Virus record (IMG/VR): IMGVR_UViG_3300005611_000006
Reading direction: 5' to 3' (one strand)
DNA length: 64,000 bases
Origin: a virus
Taxonomy: Duplodnaviria > Caudoviricetes
Positions within the stretch are counted from its first letter, which is position 1. The number at the start of each line of letters is the position of its first letter. Shown piece after piece: positions 20,401 to 30,303 of the stretch. The notes under the pieces were generated by a model. The model did not search any database. It saw nothing but the letters and a program-made list of their open reading frames with translations, and was not told the DNA's origin. The translations under genes and the position numbers were made by a program.

Positions 20401-23400
20401 GTAGATACTTAAGAGTCGGTGGAAATGGATATCAGGGAAGTAGTACTGTTGCAAATATTGCTACCACAAATGGCAATTTACATTTAGATGCAGCAAGTGG
20501 GGGTTTTAGTACTTTACTTAACTATTATGCAGGCACAGCGGGTGTTGGTTTTGGAAACGGTTCTACTACATTTGTTGCTTGGATGGGTCCAGATGGTGAC
20601 TTGTGGAAAGGTAGTGCGGATAATAGTGGTTCTAAGTATTGGCACGCAGGTAACGATGGTTCTAGTTCTGGTCTTGATGCTGACCTGCTTGATGGCATCC
20701 AAGGTGCAAATTACGTTAGGAACAACTCCACTGCAACTATCAGTGCTCGTCATAGGTTCAATCATAATGAGATCAATAATAGCGACACCATCGCAACTGC
20801 AACCGGTAGCCTTGGCGCTTTTGAAGTTTTTAACAGCGGTGCTGGTAACGATGCCTTCATCTCCTTCCATGCTGGTGGTGACCATGCCTTCTATTTTGGT
20901 TTGGACGCTGATACCAACGACCTTGCAATAGGTGGTTGGTCAAAAGGTGCAAATAAGTACAGGATCTGGCACGCCGGTAACGACGGTGCTGGTTCTGGTC
21001 TTGATGCTGATTTACTTGATGGCATTAGTAGTGCAAGTTTCTTAAGGTCTGATGCTAACGACTATAAGACAGGCGGTTTCTTGCGTTTCAATGATAACCT
21101 AAACCTGCAGATGGGATCAGACAATGACATTTCCTTCTTCTATAACGGAAGTGATTTCTACATGGACTTCCAGACAGCGGGTGATAGCTGGTATATTCGA
21201 GACAGTGGCGATAATGCAGTTTTTGGATTCTCGGACTCAGGTAACCTTAGTCTTTATAAGGGTGATCTCAATGTAGGAGACGGTGGCGATAATTCTAGAA
21301 TACTCATCAAGAAGGCAGATAATAACGTTTCCGATCACATTCAGTTCTATAACGGAACTACAAGAATGGGCGAGATTGGATGTGAAGATACTACTTGGTT
21401 AAGAATCAACCAAGAGACTGCTAAAAATATCTTCACTCCACGTATGATTCGTGCTGATGGTGGTTTCACAGTTGGTAGCGGCACTGTCTGGCACTCTGGT
21501 AATGATGGTGCTGGTTCTGGACTTGATGCTGACTTACTTGATGGTATTAGTAGTGCAAGTTTCTTAAGGTCTAATGCTAATGATAGCATTACTGCTATAA
21601 TTACGGGTCATGCAAGCGATACAGAAGTTTTTAGATTACGAAGTTCTACTTACTCTACAAAATATGTTTACTATGGTGGTTGGAGTACAGCTAACAGCAA
21701 TGACATTTCAAGAATTAGATCCAGCGGTAACCTTCATATAGATTCTCCAGCAAACGGACATCTTTACTTGAATTGGTATGCCTCTAACAGAACTATTCAT
21801 CTCGGAAATACTGGGCAAGTAGTTAGAGCTGCTGGTTCAAATATTGTCTGGCACGCAGGTAACGATGGTGCTGGTTCTGGTCTTGATGCTGACCTGCTTG
21901 ATGGTTTACAAGCAAGTAGTTTCTTGAGGTCTAACGCTGCTTCAGAAATCACCGCTCCACTGACAATCGACTCAGACAATAATGTTAATGGTGCACTTAG
22001 GATTGAAAATAACGTAACCGATACGAATAACGACTTTTATTTTGCTCAAGAAATTTCACAGACATTATCAGGATCTCAAGTTGCAACTGCTGATCGTTCG
22101 CAGGGTGGAATCTATATGGATATCAACTCTACCAATACTGGTGGAGATACTTCCAATGATCACCGTGCATATGGAATCTACATTGATTTAGATAGCACAG
22201 GTGATGCTAATGCTGTTTATGGAATTCATGTCAATAATACTGCTACTCCAACTACAGGAACTACAAGTAATGTTTGGGCTGGTTACTTCTTTGCTGAGGA
22301 TAATGGGGGTGCTGGAGCAGTAACTAATGTTTATGGAGTACAAGCATTTGCATATTCAGATAATAGTAATTCTGATACTAATACTCAGTATGGAGGATAT
22401 TTTAAGTCATATTGTGACACAGACTCAGCAGCAGTTGGTGCTGCTTATGGAGTCTATTCTGAAATAGAAATAAATGGAACAACAGATCTCTATGGATCTT
22501 GTTATGCATTACGAGCAGAGATTGATAATAACACTAATGTCGCACAGACAAATACATCTTACTTACTTTATGGTAACTATTCGGGAACTTTACCTACAAC
22601 AGCTTATGGTGTTTACATAAACAATAATGTTCCAAGTTATTTTGGTGGTGGAATAGAAATTCCTGATGGACCAGGAACGATTGCAGGTGCAACTTTTGCA
22701 AATGGTTGGTTAAGAATTGGTACATCAACAACTGGTTGGGCATTTGATAGCAACGAACTAATCACATTTGGTTCTTGCATTGTTGGTAGTGCATCTGGAA
22801 GTTCATTAACTTTCAACGCCAGACCTGCTTTTAATGGTGGTACATCTGGTAGCAGTTCTCCATTTACTGTAGATAGTACTCAAGTAGTTACTAACCTAAA
22901 TGCTGATTTACTTGATGGCGAACAACTCAGTGATAGCGCAACTGCAAACACAGTTGTTAGTAGAAATGGATCTGCTGATATTACCTGTCGTCTTTTAAGA
23001 CCAAATTATGGAAACCAGTCAACTATTTCTGGAGCTATAGCCTACAGAGTCAATGATGGAAATGACAACTATGTTCGTTTCTGTAACGATACAGCAGCAA
23101 TAAGAACATTCCTAGGAGTAACTGCAACAGGATCTGATGGTAATTACTTAAGGTCTAATGCTAATGATGAGTATGATAATGGGCAACTAACTATTAGGTC
23201 AAATAGTGCAAATGGACACTACTGGGGAGTTGGTCTCGAATACTATAGTAGCGCCTGGAGACATACAAATGATAATAGTTGGGGTTTTGTCTTTAGAAAT
23301 AGTGGAGGCATTCTGGATATATACAGTGCTACGGCAGCTGGTACTGCAGGAGCTACTGCAACTTATAAAGCGTTCAGAATTGGGGGTTCCAGTTTACTAC

Positions 23401-26400
23401 TTCAATATGACGGAAATAATGTTTTCCATGACAGTTATCATCCAAACGCAGATAAGCTAACAACTGCTAGGACTATTAGTTTGTCTGGAGATGCAACAGG
23501 ATCTATTTCATTTGATGGCAGTGCAAATAAAACTATTTCTGTTGCTGTAGTCAATGATTCACATACTCATGATGGAAGATATTTCACAGAAACAGAATCA
23601 GATGCTAGATATCTTCATGACTATTTTGAAGCTGCTATTAATAGTCAAAGTGCAGAATCTGGAACTTGGACTAAAAGTTCTAGCTCCAGTAACTGGGGTC
23701 AACCAAAATTTAGCAATACGCATAACCAAAGAAGATATGCTGATGCAGGCGCGTACGTTCAATACAACGTACCATCAGGATATAAGTCCGCCTGGATAAG
23801 TCACCTTACATGGAACACTGGAGGATATGCTGATTGTTATGGAGTTCAAGCTGATGGCGACTTGATTTTCCTAAGAAGAATTAACACAAGACAACTGGTT
23901 GAAAACACTAATCACGGTGATCCAGATTTTCACGATGGATCTACTATTACGCATATTGGTAGTGGATTGGACCATTTTACTGCGATTAGAATTCAAAATC
24001 GAGTCGGAAGGATACACTTAACCGGTCTTGCATGGTCAAAAAATGATAACGCTGGTTATGAAGGAACTGGTATGGTTCACCCAGCGCAAATATCTCATCA
24101 AGGTGCTGGGTCTGGTCTTGATGCTGATACTCTTGATGGAGCACAACCTAGTGTAAATGCATCAAACAGCACTATTGTACAGAGACATTCATCTGGATAC
24201 ATCTACGCAAACTACTTTAACACTACCCCAAACGATGTTTCTAGTGGAGTAACAAGAATTTGCTGTGAAACAGGGAATGATGGATTTATCCGTCACGCAA
24301 CTGCTGATGCAGTTAGAGCATTTATTGATGATGGTAGGTATTTAAGATCTAATGCTAATGATACTTTTAGTGGAATTTTAACCGCAAGTGGAGCAGGAAG
24401 AATTACCTTTACAAATAATGTCGCTAATTATGATACAGCAGCTGAAATCCCAACATCAGATAATCATATTACTCCAGGCAAAGATAATGGAACAAATAAT
24501 ACTATTCCAGCAAATTTAAATCTTTGGTCTTGGTATGGAATTGGTTTTGGTCCTACAATCACCTCGCAAACAGTACCTAATGGTCAACTATCTCATTTAT
24601 TTAATGTAAGAAATGGTGATGCTACATTCCGAGGACTTCTAAGTATCTTGGGTGGAAAGATTGGAGTTAAAGCAACTCCTAGCGGTACTCCTGCTGCTAG
24701 AAATGCATTTATTGCATTAGGAGATGCCGATACAGGTATTGCACAAAATGGCGACGGTCAGCTTGAGTTGTGGGCAAATAATCAAGAATGCATAAACGTC
24801 ACAAGTGGAGGCATTACATCATATAAGAGCTGGTTTTTTGACAACAACAACCAAACTGGACAAAACAATGATTATGAAGCAGTAAGAGTTGATGCTGATT
24901 ATAGTGGAACAGCTGCGTTTACTACTAATAGAACCTTAACTGGCTTGCGAGTTACTCTAGATAGCTCAAAGTCAAACACAACAACTACTAATGGCAACAG
25001 AAAATATTTAAAAGGATTCAGGGTAGATTCAACTGCTACTCAGTTTTGCTATGACAATACTGGTATTTATTCATTAGCAAAATCAACAGGAAACGGGAGT
25101 GGAGTCGGTACTCAATCTATTTTCGGTGTATATGGTTATGCCCAGGCTTATGCGGCTGGTGGTGCCGTTAATGCCTATGGTGGCCATTTCTTAGCTTACA
25201 GAGGCGGCGGTACATCCGGCGGCACACTTTATGCAGTTTATGGTAGAGCACTGCAGACAGATAATGGATCTGGTAAATCTGGTAATGCAGTTGGCGGATA
25301 TTTTGAAGTCGAATGTGATGAAGAAACTATTGCAGATGCAAAGGCAGTTCAGGCACATATTGATCATGATGGAGGAACTATAACAACTGGACATTTATTC
25401 TACGGATCATATGCTGGCACTATAGGAACAAAATATGGATTGTACTTAACAGGTGAAGGGCAAAACTATCTATCTGGAAATTTAGGAGTTTTTTCAGAAA
25501 CAAATCGTACAGGTATGCGATTAGATGTCAATGGTTATGCAATTGCTAATCGATGGTATTGCAATAGTACAACCAGATTCATATCATCTGTATCTGGTGA
25601 TTATGGAACAGTTCAGTGTGGAGGATCTGGAGCAGGAAATTGGGAAGGATACAGCATTGATGGTCGTGCTGTTTTTATGCACGACGGTGGTAGTGCAATG
25701 GGATTGTATGACGATGTAAATAACCACTGGGCGATCCACCATACTTTCAATGGAGCCACAAAAATATATTACGACGGTTCGGAAAAATTTAGGTCAGCTT
25801 CAACTGGAGTTTATTTCAATTCTCAAACAAGAACTCGATTCGATATGTTGGCGGGAATTGATGATGGTGGAGTATATGGTGCCAACAACCAAAAATTTGA
25901 GGCTAGACATGGTACTGCTAATGGATCAACAACAGAAGGTGGACATACATTTATTAGAGGCAATAGAACAGCAGATTCGACAGCATGTTTAGAAATTCAA
26001 GTTGCCGGTGACAACAAAATCAGATTACGAGCAGATGGTAACGGAAGATTTGATGGCGGTGCAGATACTGGTAATGCTGACTATGCGGAGTACTTTGAAT
26101 GGGAAGACGGTAATCCAGATAACGAAGATAGACGAGGAATCCCTGTTGTCTTAGTTGAAGATAAAATCAGGATGGCATTGCCCGATGATGATGTCAATGA
26201 CATTATTGGTGTAATATCTGCTGCACCTGGAATTGTTGGTGATTCGGCAGAGCTTGGTTGGCAAGGACGTAATTTAAAAGATGAATATGGTGCCAAAGTA
26301 GTAAATCGTAAGCAATATTTAATCTGGAACGATGAAGAAACCGACCCTCAACCTGGCAACAATACAGATGCCGGGAATGCAGATCAAAAGCGTGAAATAA

Positions 26401-26660
26401 CAGAAAACTTCCCAGATGACCTTGATGATGAAGTCCCATCTTGGGCAATTGCAAATAACATACGGGGATATTCAGATGAACAAGTACAAAACCCTGATTA
26501 TGATCCCAATCGTGAATATGTACCAAGGTCTGAAAGATCGGAATGGGATGCAGTAGGACTTATGGGTAAACTCGTTATTCGCAATGGACTGCCAGTTAAT
26601 CCAAGGTGGAAACGAATGAAGGATATAAATGAAAATCTAAGTAAGTGGCTTGTCATGTAA
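17412..26660 (+). CDS. Giant modular tail fibre: collagen stalk, hinge-separated modules, C-terminal peptidase G2-type autocleaving chaperone
   Basis: About 210 GXQ triplets; repeated WHAGNDGAGSGLDADLLDG; DYAEYFEWEDGNPDNEDRRG..RSERSEWDAVGLMGKL. Confidence 0.9.
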   Translation: MEIEVNKNQSPISVEVSNGSQIKFETSSSPQVVSELNGSENNLEIRAQLPSGVQGLQGIQGNFGVQGTQGNQGTQGITGSQGTQGIQGIQGEQGIQGTYGPRGIQGTQGTQGIQGELGTQGTQGFQGIRGTDANVQGIQGNIGLQGDVGTQGTTGTQGTTGEQGITGSQGTQGIQGITGSQGTTGEQGIQGITGSQGTTGLQGDVGTQGITGFQGTTGEQGIQGRSGLQGNRGSFGYQGLQGNLGIQGIQGIQGTTGSQGIQGQQGIQGQQGISGFQGTQGITGSQGITGSQGIQGELGLQGIQGNQGIQGITGEQGIQGIQGITGEQGIQGTTGSQGIQGTQGITGEQGITGSQGITGSQGTQGITGFQGTQGYQGIQGEIGVQGNTGQIGDIGFQGTTGFQGTQGITGEQGIQGIQGSFGNQGIQGTIGDVGTQGVAGVQGSFGNQGIQGIQGQIGSGLQGLTGEQGIQGIQGIQGQQGIQGQQGISGFQGIQGLIGSQGNDGNFGGATFDYTFSSNTLNSDPGAGKLKFSEFPFSGSLNLYIDDTDDNGTNIEPFLRTIDDSTSTIKGHFRVSNRLDSSDFALFTISNVSELNGYFNVSSSYVSGSSQSFTDGEDVIITFARTGDKGDQGFQGIQGTQGIIGEQGIQGIQGIQGEQGIQGIQGIQGTQGTQGITGEQGIQGEQGIQGTQGITGEQGIQGIQGIQGEQGIQGIQGTQGITGEQGIQGIQGLTGEQGIQGIQGEQGIQGIQGIQGITGEQGIQGIQGEQGIQGRQGRQGITGSQGIQGRQGRQGITGSQGTQGRQGTQGPGGLTTLNANTLDNLDSTQFLRSDSNDIYTGTLTGAGNISFSGGYIEIGDGSGSVAMTINDGYGNANLCFNHAYGVPDVTGNALRIETNVDSTTGAAFFFEGKSNVAANTATSLNNLFTMDEGGATCLGNVVWHAGNDGAGSGLDADLLDGISSASFLRSNADDTFTGNLANNGNNYITFGPNSTWSRYLRVGGNGYQGSSTVANIATTNGNLHLDAASGGFSTLLNYYAGTAGVGFGNGSTTFVAWMGPDGDLWKGSADNSGSKYWHAGNDGSSSGLDADLLDGIQGANYVRNNSTATISARHRFNHNEINNSDTIATATGSLGAFEVFNSGAGNDAFISFHAGGDHAFYFGLDADTNDLAIGGWSKGANKYRIWHAGNDGAGSGLDADLLDGISSASFLRSDANDYKTGGFLRFNDNLNLQMGSDNDISFFYNGSDFYMDFQTAGDSWYIRDSGDNAVFGFSDSGNLSLYKGDLNVGDGGDNSRILIKKADNNVSDHIQFYNGTTRMGEIGCEDTTWLRINQETAKNIFTPRMIRADGGFTVGSGTVWHSGNDGAGSGLDADLLDGISSASFLRSNANDSITAIITGHASDTEVFRLRSSTYSTKYVYYGGWSTANSNDISRIRSSGNLHIDSPANGHLYLNWYASNRTIHLGNTGQVVRAAGSNIVWHAGNDGAGSGLDADLLDGLQASSFLRSNAASEITAPLTIDSDNNVNGALRIENNVTDTNNDFYFAQEISQTLSGSQVATADRSQGGIYMDINSTNTGGDTSNDHRAYGIYIDLDSTGDANAVYGIHVNNTATPTTGTTSNVWAGYFFAEDNGGAGAVTNVYGVQAFAYSDNSNSDTNTQYGGYFKSYCDTDSAAVGAAYGVYSEIEINGTTDLYGSCYALRAEIDNNTNVAQTNTSYLLYGNYSGTLPTTAYGVYINNNVPSYFGGGIEIPDGPGTIAGATFANGWLRIGTSTTGWAFDSNELITFGSCIVGSASGSSLTFNARPAFNGGTSGSSSPFTVDSTQVVTNLNADLLDGEQLSDSATANTVVSRNGSADITCRLLRPNYGNQSTISGAIAYRVNDGNDNYVRFCNDTAAIRTFLGVTATGSDGNYLRSNANDEYDNGQLTIRSNSANGHYWGVGLEYYSSAWRHTNDNSWGFVFRNSGGILDIYSATAAGTAGATATYKAFRIGGSSLLLQYDGNNVFHDSYHPNADKLTTARTISLSGDATGSISFDGSANKTISVAVVNDSHTHDGRYFTETESDARYLHDYFEAAINSQSAESGTWTKSSSSSNWGQPKFSNTHNQRRYADAGAYVQYNVPSGYKSAWISHLTWNTGGYADCYGVQADGDLIFLRRINTRQLVENTNHGDPDFHDGSTITHIGSGLDHFTAIRIQNRVGRIHLTGLAWSKNDNAGYEGTGMVHPAQISHQGAGSGLDADTLDGAQPSVNASNSTIVQRHSSGYIYANYFNTTPNDVSSGVTRICCETGNDGFIRHATADAVRAFIDDGRYLRSNANDTFSGILTASGAGRITFTNNVANYDTAAEIPTSDNHITPGKDNGTNNTIPANLNLWSWYGIGFGPTITSQTVPNGQLSHLFNVRNGDATFRGLLSILGGKIGVKATPSGTPAARNAFIALGDADTGIAQNGDGQLELWANNQECINVTSGGITSYKSWFFDNNNQTGQNNDYEAVRVDADYSGTAAFTTNRTLTGLRVTLDSSKSNTTTTNGNRKYLKGFRVDSTATQFCYDNTGIYSLAKSTGNGSGVGTQSIFGVYGYAQAYAAGGAVNAYGGHFLAYRGGGTSGGTLYAVYGRALQTDNGSGKSGNAVGGYFEVECDEETIADAKAVQAHIDHDGGTITTGHLFYGSYAGTIGTKYGLYLTGEGQNYLSGNLGVFSETNRTGMRLDVNGYAIANRWYCNSTTRFISSVSGDYGTVQCGGSGAGNWEGYSIDGRAVFMHDGGSAMGLYDDVNNHWAIHHTFNGATKIYYDGSEKFRSASTGVYFNSQTRTRFDMLAGIDDGGVYGANNQKFEARHGTANGSTTEGGHTFIRGNRTADSTACLEIQVAGDNKIRLRADGNGRFDGGADTGNADYAEYFEWEDGNPDNEDRRGIPVVLVEDKIRMALPDDDVNDIIGVISAAPGIVGDSAELGWQGRNLKDEYGAKVVNRKQYLIWNDEETDPQPGNNTDAGNADQKREITENFPDDLDDEVPSWAIANNIRGYSDEQVQNPDYDPNREYVPRSERSEWDAVGLMGKLVIRNGLPVNPRWKRMKDINENLSKWLVM
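17565..19850 (+). repeat. 9-bp collagen-coding tandem repeat, interrupted by a globular insert at ~18925-19290
   Basis: Direct reading. Confidence 0.95.
20238..21938 (+). repeat. Five dispersed ~60-90 bp direct repeats (fibre hinge) starting at 20238, 20640, 20967, 21489, 21849
   Basis: Copies 20238-20321 and 20967-21050 are 83/84 identical; a partial copy lies at ~24102. Confidence 0.9.
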
Positions 26661-26779
26661 ATCTTTAAGTATCTATTACTTATCTTCAAACCTAACAGAG
26701 TTATTTTAGTCATATTTTGATGTCTTGTCAACTATATGAATAACTTGACAACTAAAATATAATGAGTTATATTATAAAA

Positions 26780-26873
26780 GTCTACACATCTTTGTATCTT
26801 TGAGATGTGAGACCCGTCTGTGGTGGGACGGTTTTCAAGGTGGAACACAGGGGGGTCTTCGGACCCCTTTTTT
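26780..26873 (+). ncRNA. Candidate three-hairpin small RNA ending in an intrinsic terminator
   Basis: TTGACA(26745)-17 bp-TATATT(26768) promoter; stems CACATCT/AGATGTG, CCGTC/GACGG and GGGGTC-TTCG-GACCCC followed by a T-run. Confidence 0.5.
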
Positions 26874-26883
26874 CTTGTATACT
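26824..26883 (+). promoter_or_regulatory. Palindrome promoter copy 2 (degenerate; a terminator hairpin fills the spacer)
   Basis: TGGGACGGTTTTCAAGGTGGAACA 26824-26847; TATACT 26878-26883. Confidence 0.55.
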
Positions 26884-26908
26884 GAAAGGAGTTCAAAGCA
26901 GACCCTGT

Positions 26909-29053
26909 ATGATCAACAAAGAAGTTAAAGGAATGCTTGCCAAATGTCTGGCAACTGAGAATCTTGTAGTTGAGCATCGTAATGTAATGACTGCGATGTT
27001 TGATGTTCAACGACGTGTTCTTACACTTCCAAATTGGCAGAAAGCTAGTAATACTGTATATGATCTCCTGGTTGCACACGAAGTAGGACACGCACTTTAT
27101 ACTGATAATATTGACTGGAAAGTAGAGTATCCAGATGTTCCTAAAGATTTCGTGAATGTCGTTGAAGATGCACGTATCGAACGTATGATGAAGAAAAAGT
27201 ATGGTGGTCTTTCTCGTACTTTTTATAATGGTTATCAGGAACTAAATGATGATGATTTTTTCTCAGTAAAGAATGAAAAGTTTGAGAGAATGAGTCTGAT
27301 TGATCGTATCAATCTTTATTTCAAGATTGGTGCATTTCATCAAATTCCTTTTAATGATGTTGAGAATGAATTTTTGACTCAAATCAGTCTTTCTGAGACT
27401 TTTGATGATGTTCTAAAAATCTCTCAGAATATCTATAATTATGTAAAGACAAAAGGTGATGATGATAAAATGAATTTCCCACAAATGGGAGATCACTCTC
27501 AATCTATGTCTTCAAGTTCTAGTAGTGAGGGCAATCAAGAGGGAGAAGAAGTAGAAGAAGATAATACAGGAGAAGAGGGAGATTCTGAAGAATCTGGAGA
27601 TTCTAAAGATTCTGAAGAAAATGGTGAGGGTGAAGATATTGATAATGATACAGATTCTTCTACTGGGGGAATGCAACCTGAGGATAAGGAAATAAATGAG
27701 ATGGAGTCTAAAACCTCTAGTTCTTTTGAAGAAAAATCAAAAGAACTTAATAATAGAATGGATTCGGATTCAGTTTCTTATGTTGAACTTCCTGAGTTTG
27801 ATCTAAGCAAAACTATTATTCCAAATAGTCACATTCATAAACTAAACGAGGAATTTTATTCTGATGATTATTATAAAGAATATGTCAATAGTAGTAATCA
27901 AAATTACATTGAGTTTAAGAAAAAATCTGAGAGAGAAGTATCTTATCTCGTAAAAGAGTTTGAGAGTAAGAAATCTGCAGATCAGTATGCTCGGGCATCA
28001 ATTGCAAGAACTGGCATTCTTGATACAACCAAACTTCATACTTATAAGTATAATGAAGACTTGTTTCGTAAAATTTCTGTTCTTCCTAATGGAAAGAATC
28101 ATGGACTAATTTTTATTCTTGATTGGTCTGGATCAATGTCTGATTATTTGCTTGATACTTATAAGCAACTTTGCAGTTTGATTTGGTTCTGTCGTAAGGT
28201 TAGTATTCCATTCGAGGTATATTCTTTCACTAATGATCCTAATGCATATATTGAATATGATCCAAATCACAATCCTACATATGAACCAAAAGATGGATTT
28301 ATTATGCCAGAAAAGTCATTTCGTTTGATGAATATTTTCACCAGTAAAGTAAACAATCGTGAATTGGAAAATCAAATGAAAATTATGTGGAGAATCTGTG
28401 AAGCATTCCAGAGTAGATATGGTTATGTCCCAAATCATATGTCTCTTTCTGGAACTCCTCTTGGAGAAACAATGATTGCAATGAATCAAGTTATTCCACA
28501 TTTCATTTCACAATACAAAGTTCAGAAAACTAACGTTGTTTTTCTAACTGATGGTGAGGGATATACAAATCCTTGTGGAATTTTTAGGAAAAGTTACACT
28601 GGCGAACAATACGTTGGAGCTAAGTATTCATGGCAAACTGTGATTCGTAATCGTAAAAATGGAAGAATGTATCCTGCCTATACTGAAAGAAATTTTGCTG
28701 CTTATTCAAAGGTATTGATGACATACTTGAAAGATTCATTTACAAATGTTAACTTTGTTAACTTTAGGATTGCTAATGGAAAAGAACTTTACAGTTGCTG
28801 GTCCAATTTTAGTGATAGAACAGATTATGAAAAGGTAAAAGTTTCCTTCCGAAAGAATAAGTTTGTATCTCTTGAAAAAACTGCATTTGACAAATTCTTT
28901 GTCCTTTCTTCAAATAATGTAAATGTCGATTCTGAGTTTGAAGTTGCAGAAGATGCCACAAAAACTCAAATCAAAACTGCATTTGTAAAATCTCTAGGAA
29001 AGAAGAAAGCAAACAAGAAAGTTCTCAGTGAGTTCATTTCTATGGTCTGCTGA
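26909..29053 (+). CDS. HEXXH metallopeptidase-like plus VWA domain protein (CobT-like partner of a MoxR AAA+)
   Basis: AHEVGH motif, acidic linker, MIDAS motif LDWSGSM..SGTP..LTDGE. The start is probably ATG 26909, not the GTG/upstream start in the ORF track. Confidence 0.85.
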   Translation: MINKEVKGMLAKCLATENLVVEHRNVMTAMFDVQRRVLTLPNWQKASNTVYDLLVAHEVGHALYTDNIDWKVEYPDVPKDFVNVVEDARIERMMKKKYGGLSRTFYNGYQELNDDDFFSVKNEKFERMSLIDRINLYFKIGAFHQIPFNDVENEFLTQISLSETFDDVLKISQNIYNYVKTKGDDDKMNFPQMGDHSQSMSSSSSSEGNQEGEEVEEDNTGEEGDSEESGDSKDSEENGEGEDIDNDTDSSTGGMQPEDKEINEMESKTSSSFEEKSKELNNRMDSDSVSYVELPEFDLSKTIIPNSHIHKLNEEFYSDDYYKEYVNSSNQNYIEFKKKSEREVSYLVKEFESKKSADQYARASIARTGILDTTKLHTYKYNEDLFRKISVLPNGKNHGLIFILDWSGSMSDYLLDTYKQLCSLIWFCRKVSIPFEVYSFTNDPNAYIEYDPNHNPTYEPKDGFIMPEKSFRLMNIFTSKVNNRELENQMKIMWRICEAFQSRYGYVPNHMSLSGTPLGETMIAMNQVIPHFISQYKVQKTNVVFLTDGEGYTNPCGIFRKSYTGEQYVGAKYSWQTVIRNRKNGRMYPAYTERNFAAYSKVLMTYLKDSFTNVNFVNFRIANGKELYSCWSNFSDRTDYEKVKVSFRKNKFVSLEKTAFDKFFVLSSNNVNVDSEFEVAEDATKTQIKTAFVKSLGKKKANKKVLSEFISMVC

Positions 29054-29109
29054 GACGGTTCAGAGAGTGTCCATAGGGCACTCTCCCGACCCCTTATGCC
29101 TGCTATACT
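29051..29109 (+). promoter_or_regulatory. Palindrome promoter copy 3
   Basis: TGAGACGGTTCAGAGAGTGTCCAT begins on the upstream stop codon; 29 bp gap; TGn-TATACT; no -35. Confidence 0.7.
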
Positions 29110-29151
29110 ACTTAAGTAGTTCAGCATCAGTCCTTTACACTTTACTTGATT

Positions 29152-30252
29152 ATGGAAAACGCAATTAAACTTCTCAAAGAGCAATTTGGTGCTGAATTTG
29201 GTGCTGATGCTGTTCGTTCTGTTGCTTCTGAACTTAATACAACTTATGCAACTCTCTCTAAAAAACTGTCTCAATACAAAGTATCTCGTGGTAAGTGGAA
29301 TCTCGAAGTGACTCAAGAAAAAGTAGAAGAACTTGAAAAAGATTATGCTGCTCCTGCTGTTGAAGGTGTAGCAACAATTCAATCTGTAAAGCAAAATCTT
29401 ATTCCTCAAAAAGATGATACCTTCGTCAGCTTTGGTAACTTCTCTGATATTAAAAAAATTATTAACTCCCGTCTATTCTATCCTGCATTCATTACAGGGC
29501 TTTCTGGCAATGGTAAAACATTCTGTATTGAGCAAGCGTGTGCTCAACTTGGACGAGAATTGATCCGAGTAAACATTACTATTGAAACAGATGAAGATGA
29601 TCTCATTGGTGGATTCCGTCTTGTTAATGGTGAAACCGTTTGGCATAATGGTCCGGTCATCGAAGCCTTGGAGCGCGGTGCGATTCTATTGCTTGACGAG
29701 ATTGACTTGGCTTCCAACAAGATTCTTTGCCTTCAATCAATCCTTGAAGGAAAAGGAGTCTTTCTGAAGAAGATTGGTAGGTGGGTAAATCCTTCTGCTG
29801 GTTTCAATATCTTTGCAACTGCAAATACTAAGGGTAAAGGTTCTGATGATGGACGTTTTATCGGTACTAATGTTCTTAACGAAGCATTCCTTGAGCGTTT
29901 TCCTGTAACATTTGAGCAAGATTATCCAACTGTTTCAATCGAGAAAAAGATCTTGACAAATGTTGCTGAATCGCTTAGTATTCCTATGGTGAGTGAGCAT
30001 ACTGACTTCATTACCCACCTTTGTACTTGGTCGGAAATTATCCGAAAAACTTTTAATGATGGGGGAATTGATGAAGTAATTAGTACTCGTCGTCTAGTAC
30101 ATATTCTTCGTGCTTACTCTATTTTTGGTAAAAAAGAAAAAGCAATCAAAGTTTGTTTGAATCGTTTTGATGATGAAACCAAATCTACTTTTGCAGAACT
30201 TTATGATAAAATTGATGCAGAGTTTGCAAATGATGACAAAGAAGAGGGATAA
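29152..30252 (+). CDS. cobS: MoxR/CobS-like AAA+ ATPase (cyanophage core gene)
   Basis: Walker A GLSGNGKT, Walker B LLLDEID, ATANTKG, NEAFLERF, STRRLV. Confidence 0.92.
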   Translation: MENAIKLLKEQFGAEFGADAVRSVASELNTTYATLSKKLSQYKVSRGKWNLEVTQEKVEELEKDYAAPAVEGVATIQSVKQNLIPQKDDTFVSFGNFSDIKKIINSRLFYPAFITGLSGNGKTFCIEQACAQLGRELIRVNITIETDEDDLIGGFRLVNGETVWHNGPVIEALERGAILLLDEIDLASNKILCLQSILEGKGVFLKKIGRWVNPSAGFNIFATANTKGKGSDDGRFIGTNVLNEAFLERFPVTFEQDYPTVSIEKKILTNVAESLSIPMVSEHTDFITHLCTWSEIIRKTFNDGGIDEVISTRRLVHILRAYSIFGKKEKAIKVCLNRFDDETKSTFAELYDKIDAEFANDDKEEG

Positions 30253-30262
30253 TTCCCTCTTT
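30242..30262 (+). terminator. Hairpin at the end of the cobS-like gene
   Basis: AAGAGGGA-TAAT-TCCCTCTT with a short T tail. Confidence 0.5.
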
Positions 30263-30303
30263 GTGTCTATATAAAAAAACTTTTCTTTATTCAAATAAAT
30301 TCT

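Noticed and set aside
11807-26660. Diversity-generating retroelement or invertible shufflon acting on the fibres
   Set aside because: No reverse transcriptase or invertase in the window, no adenine-specific template/variable repeat pair seen, and the hinge repeats are direct rather than inverted.
26909-30252. Cobalamin-biosynthesis auxiliary metabolic genes
   Set aside because: The motifs show a generic MoxR AAA+/VWA pair common in T4-like phages; no CobN or other cob genes are present.
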